Source: a virus (lineage: Duplodnaviria > Caudoviricetes). From it: a stretch of DNA of 24,204 nucleotides. Every line of letters begins with the position of its first letter. The first letter of the stretch is position 1. The notes beneath the pieces are model-generated. The model did not search any database. It worked only from the letters and a program-made list of their open reading frames with translations, and was not told the DNA's origin. Below are positions 16,701-24,204 of the stretch, in pieces. A program made the translations under genes and the position numbers. Where the stretch lies: IMG/VR virus record IMGVR_UViG_3300008117_000285, positions 1 to 24,204 of that record. One strand, 5' to 3'.

Positions 16701-18898
16701 TGGGATGATGGACCTTTACCAAATAACTTACGTAATGTGCTACCAACTGGACCTTCTGCTGCGCTACTACCAGTATAAGCAGCACTGGCACGACCAGTTT
16801 TACGTCCTTCATTCTTAACAAAGTTTAATATGTCTCTACCAGGTGCGGTAAGTGCATACATAAAGCCTTCATCAATAGCAGAACGAATACCCAAACGTGG
16901 GAAAAGTGTAAATACAGACCAAAAATCTGTAAAGTCTTTAGCAAACTTAGACTTAGTTGCACCTTGTGCAGCCTTAATAAGGCTTTGCTTTGACTTTATC
17001 TCATTTGCTTTAAGTGCAATCTCTTCTAAAGGAAGCGGACCTACACCTCTTGCAATCTGAGACGGATGAATTGCTCCAGAACCCTCAAGTAATGCTGTGT
17101 CATTCTCATACTTAATCGTATCTTTGGAAAGAAGTCCAGCAAACTGGTCATCAACTTCAGTTCTTACTGTAGTTGTAAAGCCAGCACGTCCATTGTGAGT
17201 CTTCTTTAGGTATTCTTTCATGATTGCATCATCAGTAATACCAGCACGCTGCATAATTGCTGCGTAAAGATTACGCATTACTACAATCTGCTCATCTTCG
17301 GTAGATGCTAAAAACTTTTGTGCTACAAAATCTGCCATATCACGGTCAAGAACTAAACGAGCATAGTTTCTAACTGTATCAATTGTCTTAACTGCATCAT
17401 CGCCAGTTAATACTGCCTGTCCCGCTGGGTTACGGGCTGCCATCTTGCCTGCCCACTTACCAAATGCGTTTACTTTATTTTTAAATCCCTTAATATCTTT
17501 TTCTTGCTTTGCAAATTCAACAATCTGTGGATTTACAGCCTCATCAGACTTACGTCCTGCAGTTGAAAGGATATCCCATGTATCTCCACCCTTTATTTGC
17601 AGTTCTTCTGCACCACGCTTAACGTTAAAGAAGTTATCAGCGCTAACAAAGGCTTTATCAAAGGTTGCTTCTAGGAAAGACTCAAGACCACGAGTAAGAC
17701 GGCGGTCTGCACGAGCAGTAACCACACCATTACGGCGATAAGTCATACCATCTAAGCGACCAGAAAGTAATAGATGCACGTTTGATGCCTGAGAAAAAAC
17801 ATCTTCTGCTTTTTCAGCATTAAACATTTTCTTCTTAGCAAAAAATTCTAGTGCTTCATCATTATTGTAGCCAGGGAAACGTCTTCCAATTTCACGGCGA
17901 ACAATTGCTTTCTCTGCTTCTGTCTTTGTAGAAGCAAGACGCTCAATCTCTGGACCAAACTGCTCATCCCAAAGTTTAATAACACCTTTATCTTTGAATA
18001 CTTGAGATACACCAGAAGCGACATCATCGCCAGCCTTAGTTACAAGTTCTGCCAACTGTGTTCCACGAGTTGCAGCCTTGCTTGTTCCACCAGTAATCCA
18101 AGTAAGTGGGTCTATAGCAAGTTGATAAATAAAATCAATTACACCTGAAACATTTTTAGTGGTTCCATCAATGTAATCGCCAGAAAGACCACCATTCTTA
18201 GGTGGTTTTCTATCAAAGATTCTAGCAATATCACGACCAGGGCTAAACTGTGCATACTTAGCAGCATCCATTACTTGCTTAAATGCATCTGGATTATTAA
18301 ATGCTTCTTCAACAGCAGCAGTAATCTCTGGAGTTAAATCTCCGTATGCTTCAAGAATTTCTCCAGGCTTCTTGCCTTCAAGTAATCCTTTTGCTACATA
18401 AATCTTTGCCTTACCAAATGTATTTTCAGCCTCAGCAATTGCTTGGTTGTCATATAGGTCTCTGCCGTCCCAAGCATCGTCCCAAACTTTCCAATCAAAA
18501 ATACTTTCGCCTTGTGCTACCTGACGAGCAACTTTATAAGGCTGATTAATAACACGATTGTATGCACCAGCAACTTTAAACAATCCAATAAGTGGGCTTG
18601 CAAGTAGTTTGCCAGTAAATTTTAAAGCGCCTAAAGCACGGTCACCAAAATCTGGTGGCTGTTGCATATAGTCAGCATCGCCAAAGAATGATTTCAAACC
18701 TTCTTGAGCATTAGGGTCAAGTAATTCAAACTCTCTACGTGCATCATTAGATGACATCTGAGTAAGTTCTTTATTCTTTTTGACAGCCCAAGACATTTGT
18801 TCAACTTGAGTCTGTTCTCTAGGACTCAGGTTTGCTCTAGTTGCTGCCTGATAAAGTGTAGGTGACGCTTCAGCGACAATGGGTTTTAAAACTCTCAC
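13721..18898 (-). CDS. Large putative internal virion/DNA-ejection protein
   Basis: 1725 aa, apparently mostly helical. SD AGGAG before GTG. The DPLTWITGG-type motif and size are typical of podoviral large ejection proteins. No enzyme motif recognised. Confidence 0.7.
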   Translation of the reverse strand: MRVLKPIVAEASPTLYQAATRANLSPREQTQVEQMSWAVKKNKELTQMSSNDARREFELLDPNAQEGLKSFFGDADYMQQPPDFGDRALGALKFTGKLLASPLIGLFKVAGAYNRVINQPYKVARQVAQGESIFDWKVWDDAWDGRDLYDNQAIAEAENTFGKAKIYVAKGLLEGKKPGEILEAYGDLTPEITAAVEEAFNNPDAFKQVMDAAKYAQFSPGRDIARIFDRKPPKNGGLSGDYIDGTTKNVSGVIDFIYQLAIDPLTWITGGTSKAATRGTQLAELVTKAGDDVASGVSQVFKDKGVIKLWDEQFGPEIERLASTKTEAEKAIVRREIGRRFPGYNNDEALEFFAKKKMFNAEKAEDVFSQASNVHLLLSGRLDGMTYRRNGVVTARADRRLTRGLESFLEATFDKAFVSADNFFNVKRGAEELQIKGGDTWDILSTAGRKSDEAVNPQIVEFAKQEKDIKGFKNKVNAFGKWAGKMAARNPAGQAVLTGDDAVKTIDTVRNYARLVLDRDMADFVAQKFLASTEDEQIVVMRNLYAAIMQRAGITDDAIMKEYLKKTHNGRAGFTTTVRTEVDDQFAGLLSKDTIKYENDTALLEGSGAIHPSQIARGVGPLPLEEIALKANEIKSKQSLIKAAQGATKSKFAKDFTDFWSVFTLFPRLGIRSAIDEGFMYALTAPGRDILNFVKNEGRKTGRASAAYTGSSAAEGPVGSTLRKLFGKGPSSQYLGVDDRNRIIEQIAEQAGVSPAEVQHLVINQAIADRVKIFLPEKLGDEAMQHWNEAMIYNPDILNTMASSVAARSSLGSSFDEVIRNNQINLSELSNALNAVGRKMARKKHEGKNLSEKEIDELVKNEGLKSGTKYEEYAVEKLRDANPEYVTLAHYDNWYIRFATPRQHGRGLKIADDFRVAPAIAFFNHGALKTPENFSKAMDDMYTYLGMKKVDDVWQVTEQNIDAVKKFNSFFGDSVFMRQEGKTDFDIARVHLERMLMDMRDNFHGGPKSYNEGLYDAIKSNYNALVAKEKAQQAEGMRKWKIGSKWQKAAQMVDFKQFDELTRGYQPSGLIQTRIEFPDLTTFDSAFKRLGNTMMESMDKQVNGLLRQPAVMTTYLRLRKEYSGIQTAYARELRAKMIAENPTKWKGDKAQARLNNIVEEQSAKHFTEIALNDAADTVLKFADNPSIRSNFAVEVRTVGRFYRATEDFWRRVYRLKDVSPTVLYRMRLAHLGLSSSGMFHEDQNGEPYIMMPMDNIIFKATDTSIKALTGESQYKQPMFNDFTFKLANVNPSFSPDSGLPLLSGPIAALGVIGMKNLVSKVPIPGAEKAAQDFDNYALGNLGDNVDIVRALVPGSLLKLWNILPVNEKTRQEVTAAQQAIAYNAAHGLSLQPTASDQEKYEYLNAIRTSAHNVVALRSILGLISPVTATMQESKDVPDYLLDVGITGLRNEFWDIYEAVNKKYGSDVQDPYELSLSIFTGQYPGKIVYTVARDEKQTKVLISKTTQMRNWAIDNKKLIGAYGEAAYIFGPHTGDFNAGIYNWLQASDLLKDKDLETYFRDVQVAEDKQAYYDIASWEKDSLASQTYISERKKIIETATAARKGLLASNPLLLGAITGGGNEIATEESMLSSLKQLVSDPTTNIEDGVRLKMKTAVQAMEDFMSFAKSDQVRSLYNASSLKRDYRARVEGIINQLASEDPAVKEAARAIFNSILKYYSRDTYRAAV

Positions 18899-18907
18899 TA
18901 TGCGCTC

Positions 18908-19309
18908 CTAAATAAACTTTGAAAGAATAAGTTCTACTTCGCCTGTATCATCAAACATTGCTACTTTTGCAATAGTATCTCTAGGATTTGATTTATAACG
19001 TGGCAAATCCATCATTGCTTCTGAGCCAACTCCTGGTCCAGCGTCAATACCAGCAGTTCCTGGCTCTTCTGGAAACATAGTTGGTGCATCTAGTGGGACA
19101 ACATTCATGCCACCCATTGAAGGAAATGGATTTCCCTGCATAGGTTCTTTTACTTGGTTGTCGTAAGTTTCTTTTCCCTGTCCATAGGGTAATCCTGGGA
19201 TGTAAGTTGCTGCCTGTGTTGGTGACCCGTCAGTGCGCTGACTAAGACTTCCAGGACCAGATACTGGTGCTGGGTTATTAGGTTGTTCGTATCCACCTTT
19301 GCCTGCCAT
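18908..19309 (-). CDS. Pro/Gly-rich, probably disordered virion-associated protein
   Basis: 133 aa. ATG directly abuts the upstream TAA, with SD GAGGAGGA within the upstream gene. Confidence 0.75.
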   Translation of the reverse strand: MAGKGGYEQPNNPAPVSGPGSLSQRTDGSPTQAATYIPGLPYGQGKETYDNQVKEPMQGNPFPSMGGMNVVPLDAPTMFPEEPGTAGIDAGPGVGSEAMMDLPRYKSNPRDTIAKVAMFDDTGEVELILSKFI

Positions 19310-19561
19310 TTAATCCTCATCCTCTTCTGTTTCTTCTTTAGAAAATGTTTCATTGTCATATTCCTGTGCACATTGCATCATTCCATATGCGTTCCAAGGC
19401 GTCATAGCCTCGCTTACTTCTGTATGTAAATATCTTGTTCCCTCATAATCTGCCCACTCGGATACTAATACCCAGTTGATGCAAACAAATTCTTCACTAG
19501 TTTCTTGTTCAATTAAGAAACGTAATGCGTCTTCAACTTTCTGTTGAAATTTATTACTCAT
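19310..19561 (-). CDS. Small acidic hypothetical protein
   Basis: 83 aa. ATGA overlap with the protease stop. Ends KEETEEDED. Confidence 0.75.
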   Translation of the reverse strand: MSNKFQQKVEDALRFLIEQETSEEFVCINWVLVSEWADYEGTRYLHTEVSEAMTPWNAYGMMQCAQEYDNETFSKEETEEDED

Positions 19562-20127
19562 GCGTATTGTGTCCTAACAACAACTGGCAGCGCTGTATGT
19601 ATGTCCCACTTTGCTGCAATCTCAATTGCTGTTGTTACAGCGACTTCCGCATCTTCTGGTGAGAAAGGTAGACCTCCGTGGCAATAACTCTCCATAACGC
19701 CAAGGGCAATGTCACCACCGCTCCCAGAAAAATAAATACCGTTAACATCACGGTCCCAAGAATAATCTTCAAAGACAGGGTAAATAACTCCACGGACAAC
19801 AATAATAAATGACGAATCGTGTTCGGCAGCATCCCCATCTTCTTTCATGTCATAACCAGCATCAATAAATACTTGACGCATTTGTGGAATAAACTTTTGC
19901 GTCATGAACTTGTCTAAATTTTCATTTACTGTTGGCTTAGGTGCTTTCCAACCAAACTGTAAAATATTAGAACCACGGCTAGAACCAGAGCCAGCAATTA
20001 AGATTCCATTGTTTTCAATAATCTTATGCGTTGCAAGATTCATTGGACGACCACTATCGTCAGATGAACGAGAGTCGCACCCAATAACAGCCCAGCCATC
20101 ACCCTGTATAGCAGCAAGTGTTGTCAT
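19558..20127 (-). CDS. Proteasome beta-subunit/HslV-like threonine protease (Ntn-hydrolase)
   Basis: After Met removal: Thr1-Thr2, Asp17-Ser-Arg19, Lys34, Gly47, SGSGG and a late D-x-x-T, matching the T1 peptidase catalytic pattern. Strong SD AAGGAGGGG. Confidence 0.88.
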   Translation of the reverse strand: MTTLAAIQGDGWAVIGCDSRSSDDSGRPMNLATHKIIENNGILIAGSGSSRGSNILQFGWKAPKPTVNENLDKFMTQKFIPQMRQVFIDAGYDMKEDGDAAEHDSSFIIVVRGVIYPVFEDYSWDRDVNGIYFSGSGGDIALGVMESYCHGGLPFSPEDAEVAVTTAIEIAAKWDIHTALPVVVRTQYA

Positions 20128-20141
20128 CGTCCCCTCCTTGC

Positions 20142-21896
20142 TTATCTACGTACGGATGTTCTTGCGCTTGCGCTTGCCTTACCACCTGATGTTAAAGATG
20201 CTAATAGTGTTTGAATGTCTGGTCTGCCTGCGCCACCTTGAGGTGGAAGAGCGCCTCCCACTGGTGCGGCGGGAGCAGGGGACATTTGCTCAACCTGAGG
20301 TGCACCAGCAGGAGGTTGTTCTGGAGTGAAGACCTCGTTGATAGCGTCTTCAATACTTACACCCTTTTGACGTGCTTTGATTACATCTGCAATTTGTTTA
20401 ACCAAACCAGTTGGGTCTTGTCCCTGTGTAATCATCTGAGGAATTGCTTGAGCAGTTGCCTGTAGTGCGCCAACCAAAGTGTTACGCATTTCTTCTACTT
20501 CAATTTTTTCTTGTTCCATAGTTACGTTAATTCCAAATGGAAGTTCACGCATTGCCATATCACGGCTAATTAACTTACCGCCAAGGGCTTGTAGCATAAA
20601 GATAAGTCCTTGTGCAGGGTTAAGTCCTGCCAACATTCCATAACGAACATCGGCTGAGTAATCCTTTTTAATATCCTTTGATGGTAAATAATCAAGGCTA
20701 AACGGAGAGCCTGCATCTACACCACGAATTGTCTTCTGATAGTTAAAGAACATCTCATCAATCATGAAGCAGAGAGAAAGAACTTCCTTCAGAGAAGAAG
20801 CAAAGATTGCTTGGGCAGATTTAACTTGTGTATCAAAACCACCCATAAGCGCTTGAACGCCTTGTCCCGTGATGATTGATGCATCAATGTTTCCAGTACG
20901 TCCTTCTGGATAACGTGTTCCAGTTCGGAGTTCTGCCTGTAGTAATGACTGTTCGGTAAATGCTCCAGGTGGAATGTTGAGGTCCACACGGCGCACACCT
21001 GCTGGAGAGTTGGTGCGGATAATCGCATCTCCACCAAGTTGTAGTTCTTGCACATCGCTTGGAACAACGATTGGTGCCTGTACAGATTTCTCTGCTGCTT
21101 CCATCGCAAGTAATGCGAACCTGTTACGAAGCAGTTGGATACCTAATACATCATCAAATTGTCCACGCATTTCGCCATCTACTGATGGACGTTTTGCTAC
21201 AACAACCATCATCTTGCCAATTGGATTAGGCGCAGATGATAGAACTAGGTTGTGACGTTCTGGCATATAAATTAAAGATTGGTCTTTATCGTAATAACGA
21301 ACAATCTCAACTTGAGCATGCAAGTCTTGCTTGTATCCTCTTTCGCCAAGAAGTTGTCCTTCAAACTCTGGGAACTGTGCAACCAGTTCTGCAAGCGGAA
21401 GGGTATAGCGTTTAGCGAAGGCAATACAACGCCCATAGCGGTCAAACTCTGGGTAAGCCCCGATTGGACTTTCTATGCGTATGCGAGGTAAGCCCGCTTC
21501 TTCGTCTAATTCAATTATGAATGGGACGAAACCGAATGTGATGTACCAGTCTGCGCCTGTGTACATCTGTACTTGAAAATCAGAATGTATAAAATAGTTA
21601 GAAGCAATACGAGTTCTTTTATCAGCGAACTGGCGAGCACGGTCACTGACTTGATTCGCTGCAGAACAGTTAACGGCTGGCAGTGGTGCCATGACTTCTG
21701 ACAAGTCTTTGGCAACAATGTCAATAAAGTTTGCGACAACATTTGCATCTACACCCTCTGGAAAGAATTCAGGATAAACTTGAGAGATTTGTCCTTTGCG
21801 GACAGCAAGAACGTCTTGGTGTCTACGGTCACGGTCTGCTGAACGCATGCGTAAAGAATCAATGCGTGCTGCAATCTGGTCAATACTTAATGCCAT
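20142..21896 (-). CDS. Portal protein
   Basis: 584 aa directly downstream of the terminase. N-terminal VANFIDIVAKDL pattern, helical core and a Pro/Ala/Gln-rich C-terminal tail as in podoviral portals. Confidence 0.85.
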   Translation of the reverse strand: MALSIDQIAARIDSLRMRSADRDRRHQDVLAVRKGQISQVYPEFFPEGVDANVVANFIDIVAKDLSEVMAPLPAVNCSAANQVSDRARQFADKRTRIASNYFIHSDFQVQMYTGADWYITFGFVPFIIELDEEAGLPRIRIESPIGAYPEFDRYGRCIAFAKRYTLPLAELVAQFPEFEGQLLGERGYKQDLHAQVEIVRYYDKDQSLIYMPERHNLVLSSAPNPIGKMMVVVAKRPSVDGEMRGQFDDVLGIQLLRNRFALLAMEAAEKSVQAPIVVPSDVQELQLGGDAIIRTNSPAGVRRVDLNIPPGAFTEQSLLQAELRTGTRYPEGRTGNIDASIITGQGVQALMGGFDTQVKSAQAIFASSLKEVLSLCFMIDEMFFNYQKTIRGVDAGSPFSLDYLPSKDIKKDYSADVRYGMLAGLNPAQGLIFMLQALGGKLISRDMAMRELPFGINVTMEQEKIEVEEMRNTLVGALQATAQAIPQMITQGQDPTGLVKQIADVIKARQKGVSIEDAINEVFTPEQPPAGAPQVEQMSPAPAAPVGGALPPQGGAGRPDIQTLLASLTSGGKASASARTSVRR

Positions 21897-21903
21897 TATT
21901 TTC

Positions 21904-23790
21904 CTATCCGTAAGTTTCAGCCCATTGTTCTTGGAAGGCTTCGTCTAAATTAACTACGTATCTTTGTTCTCTTTGTGCTCTAGTTACCCAGCGATTATTA
22001 GCAAACTTAGTTAAGTTACTTGTTTGCTGCATAAACTCTCTAGCACGAAGAACCGCAAACCACAAAGCCATAACACAGTCTGTCTTACCCCGTGTGTTGG
22101 CTTTCCAAGTTATTAGTTGTTGAACTAAAGACTTAAGCCCCTCTGAATCAGATGTTGATGGAAGTTCGATTGTATTGTTGCCTTGGAACTTTCCATCTCG
22201 CATAGTGCCAAACAAGGTTGACATAGATGCCACACCGAAATTTGTGTCCCACTTATTTTTTCCAGTAAAGTGTGCTTCAAGCCTTACGCCGTAGGTTGCG
22301 AGCCACTGGCGTAAGTCCTCATCTAGTGAGTAAGCCTTCTGGTGAGCGTTGATTTCAACACGAAATTCTTGTGGCTTATATCTACCAACAAGTTCTTCGA
22401 TAGTGTTACGAATTTTTTGAGGATTCGGTTCGCTCATGTTTATGCAGTCGAGTACATAAATTTTACTATCTGCTCTGTTATAAGTTACAACTACAAAAGC
22501 AGCGTTACCTGCCATAGCAGGGTCAAAGCCAATTATTGTGTAACCTTCAATAGCAGTCGGATGTCCCACCGCCCCTTGCTTCAAGGGACCACGTCTCCTA
22601 GTACCCTTGATACATGCTTGAATCAAGGCGGGCGGGAAGATGGAATCTTCTTCGACATCCTCCTGCTGATATACCAAAGCCCAAGTTGATGGAGTTACTT
22701 CGCCTCTGCGCCGTTGTAAAGTTTTGCCATCCCACTTAGGATACAAACCTTCTTCATCAGGTGTGTCCTCATCACCATCCCATGGTGAATCAGACTTAGC
22801 CCAAAGTGTTACCCACTTAGCAGGGTCTTCGTCATACTCTAAAACTGCTGGCATACCCATGTAGGTAAAGGGACACTTACCCCCAGACCAATACTTGGGT
22901 TCTCTTAACTCTCTATAAAAATCTGTGGCAGCAATTCGTGTGCCAACGATAAGAAGTTTACCGTTCTTACCTAGACGGGTAATAACTTCTTTTTGTAGCC
23001 AGTCAATTTGCTTCTCGAACTCATGGGCGTTAGATGTAGTAATGCAGTCATCAAGAATGATGAGGTCAGCACGGGCACCGTAAATCTGACCACCCATACC
23101 TAGTGCTTGAAGGGTAGGGTCCTTTTCGCTTGAGTTTCTCGCATCACTCCCAAGGTAGACGGTATCAACTCGCCAAGTATCAGAGTCATCTTTCCAGCCA
23201 CCTTCTGGTCCATAAGTTGTTTGCAACTTTAACCAGCGAGGGTGGGATAACCGTTGCTTGATTGCGTACACGAATTCTCGTGCTTTGAGTAACGTCTTAC
23301 TGACCACGATAATGCGGACGTTAGGATTGAGAGCGATACGATAAGTTGAGTAGTTGACGGTAATGACCGTGCTCTTAGCATGCTCAGGGGGAACGTTGAT
23401 TAGTAGTCGAGATTGTTGCCCTGGCTCATACTTCATCGAAGGGTGTAGCCATGAAGGCTCTCTACCCTCCAGTAGGTCAATCCAATCTAGGTGATGTGGA
23501 AAAACCCTTTGGTCCAAAAAAATTTCGGAGAACTGGGGAAAGGCGATTTCATCCTTTGCAATTCCCAGCGCTTTCACAGATTTGTTCTTGGCGTCTTCTT
23601 TAGCCTCGGCTAGGTCAGCGGCAAATTTTTTATCTCTGAGCATCCAGATTCTGACCGTATCTGGTTTTTTGCCACAGAGTTCCATAGCCTTATGAGGACT
23701 ATGTCCTTCAGCCACAAGGGCTAAAACCTTAGCCTTGGCATCAGCCATAGCCTCGGTTCTGGGGTTAATAACCCCTTTCTGAAAAGTCAC
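21904..23790 (-). CDS. terL: Terminase large subunit with N-terminal HTH/TerS-like extension
   Basis: Walker A variant NVPPEHAKST, Walker B LIILDD, motif III IVGTR, LVYQQ, and RNase H-like nuclease IIGFDPA ... TDCVMALW. Confidence 0.93.
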   Translation of the reverse strand: MTFQKGVINPRTEAMADAKAKVLALVAEGHSPHKAMELCGKKPDTVRIWMLRDKKFAADLAEAKEDAKNKSVKALGIAKDEIAFPQFSEIFLDQRVFPHHLDWIDLLEGREPSWLHPSMKYEPGQQSRLLINVPPEHAKSTVITVNYSTYRIALNPNVRIIVVSKTLLKAREFVYAIKQRLSHPRWLKLQTTYGPEGGWKDDSDTWRVDTVYLGSDARNSSEKDPTLQALGMGGQIYGARADLIILDDCITTSNAHEFEKQIDWLQKEVITRLGKNGKLLIVGTRIAATDFYRELREPKYWSGGKCPFTYMGMPAVLEYDEDPAKWVTLWAKSDSPWDGDEDTPDEEGLYPKWDGKTLQRRRGEVTPSTWALVYQQEDVEEDSIFPPALIQACIKGTRRRGPLKQGAVGHPTAIEGYTIIGFDPAMAGNAAFVVVTYNRADSKIYVLDCINMSEPNPQKIRNTIEELVGRYKPQEFRVEINAHQKAYSLDEDLRQWLATYGVRLEAHFTGKNKWDTNFGVASMSTLFGTMRDGKFQGNNTIELPSTSDSEGLKSLVQQLITWKANTRGKTDCVMALWFAVLRAREFMQQTSNLTKFANNRWVTRAQREQRYVVNLDEAFQEQWAETYG

Positions 23791-23811
23791 AGAACTGTCC
23801 CATCCTCTATC

Positions 23812-24200
23812 TGTAATTGTTAATTACACAGTTTGTAACAGACAGTAGATACAGTCTGTAACAAAAGCCTTCGAGGCTTTTTAGTTAACTGGGCAGAAAC
23901 CTGCCCCTATATAGTATTAATCCGTTCAACAGCCTATTCCGAACGGTGCAAAGGAATATATTTTTTTTCCTTTGCCCAAAGCAGCCCAAAAATGGTATAA
24001 AATAGGACATATAGTACTACTGTAACGGGTGCACTGTTGTACCAGAAAATAGTTGATAGTGATACTACTACGCTATTAGAAGCAAATTAAACAGTCTGGG
24101 GTCGATGAACGACCCACAGAACTGTTTAATGCTGCCGCTCTGTACTGTACAGACTGGAGCGCTACGGGCTACAGTCTTCACGGCGCTACCAGACAGCGCC
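23812..24200. repeat. Non-coding cluster of about nine inverted repeats upstream of terL
   Basis: Stems at 23812-23828, 23832-23865, 23863-23881, 23891-23906, 23922-23946, 23948-23975, 24086-24130, 24139-24153 and 24182-24200. No ORF of 60 aa or more in the track. Confidence 0.7.
23863..23882. terminator. Bidirectional intrinsic terminator-like hairpin
   Basis: AAAAGCCT-TCG-AGGCTTTTT: short GC stem flanked by A and T tracts. Confidence 0.5.
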
Positions 24201-24204
24201 CCAG

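Noticed and set aside
13721-18898. Possible virion RNA polymerase, suggested by size and the N4-like capsid
   Set aside because: No DxDGD or T7-type polymerase motifs were recognised, and it is about half the size of N4 vRNAP. It cannot be fully excluded without a structure search.
18908-19561. Small proteins next to the protease as Pup-like modifiers
   Set aside because: Neither ends in GGQ/GGE, and no Pup ligase or deamidase is present in the window.
23904-23919. Similarity of TAATACTATATAGGG to the T7 promoter
   Set aside because: The GACTC specificity element is missing, only one copy was seen, and no phage RNAP is present in the window.

Overview
This window is the morphogenesis (late-gene) arm of a tailed dsDNA phage with a podovirus-like gene set. 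All credible genes are on the minus strand and most are translationally coupled. Reading right to left: a hairpin-rich non-coding region; a large terminase with an extra N-terminal HTH/TerS-like segment; portal; a proteasome-beta/HslV-like Thr protease; two small proteins; four probable internal virion/ejection proteins (1725, 404, 315 and 509 aa, the last with LysM); a structured leader; scaffold; major capsid protein (N4-gp56-like); a block of tiny, very basic proteins (three missing from the ORF track); a head-tail adaptor; a fibre with 10-aa repeats; and two paralogous [~105-aa protein + FN3 fibre] cassettes, the second truncated at the window edge. The style resembles uncultured freshwater phages attributed to low-GC Actinobacteria, but the host is an inference. 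Best leads: the proteasome-like protease in the head module, the basic mini-protein cluster, a possible peptide plug-and-socket branched fibre system, a pseudoknotted leader upstream of scaffold/capsid, and the apparent TerS-TerL fusion. All assignments are from manual reading; no searches were run.
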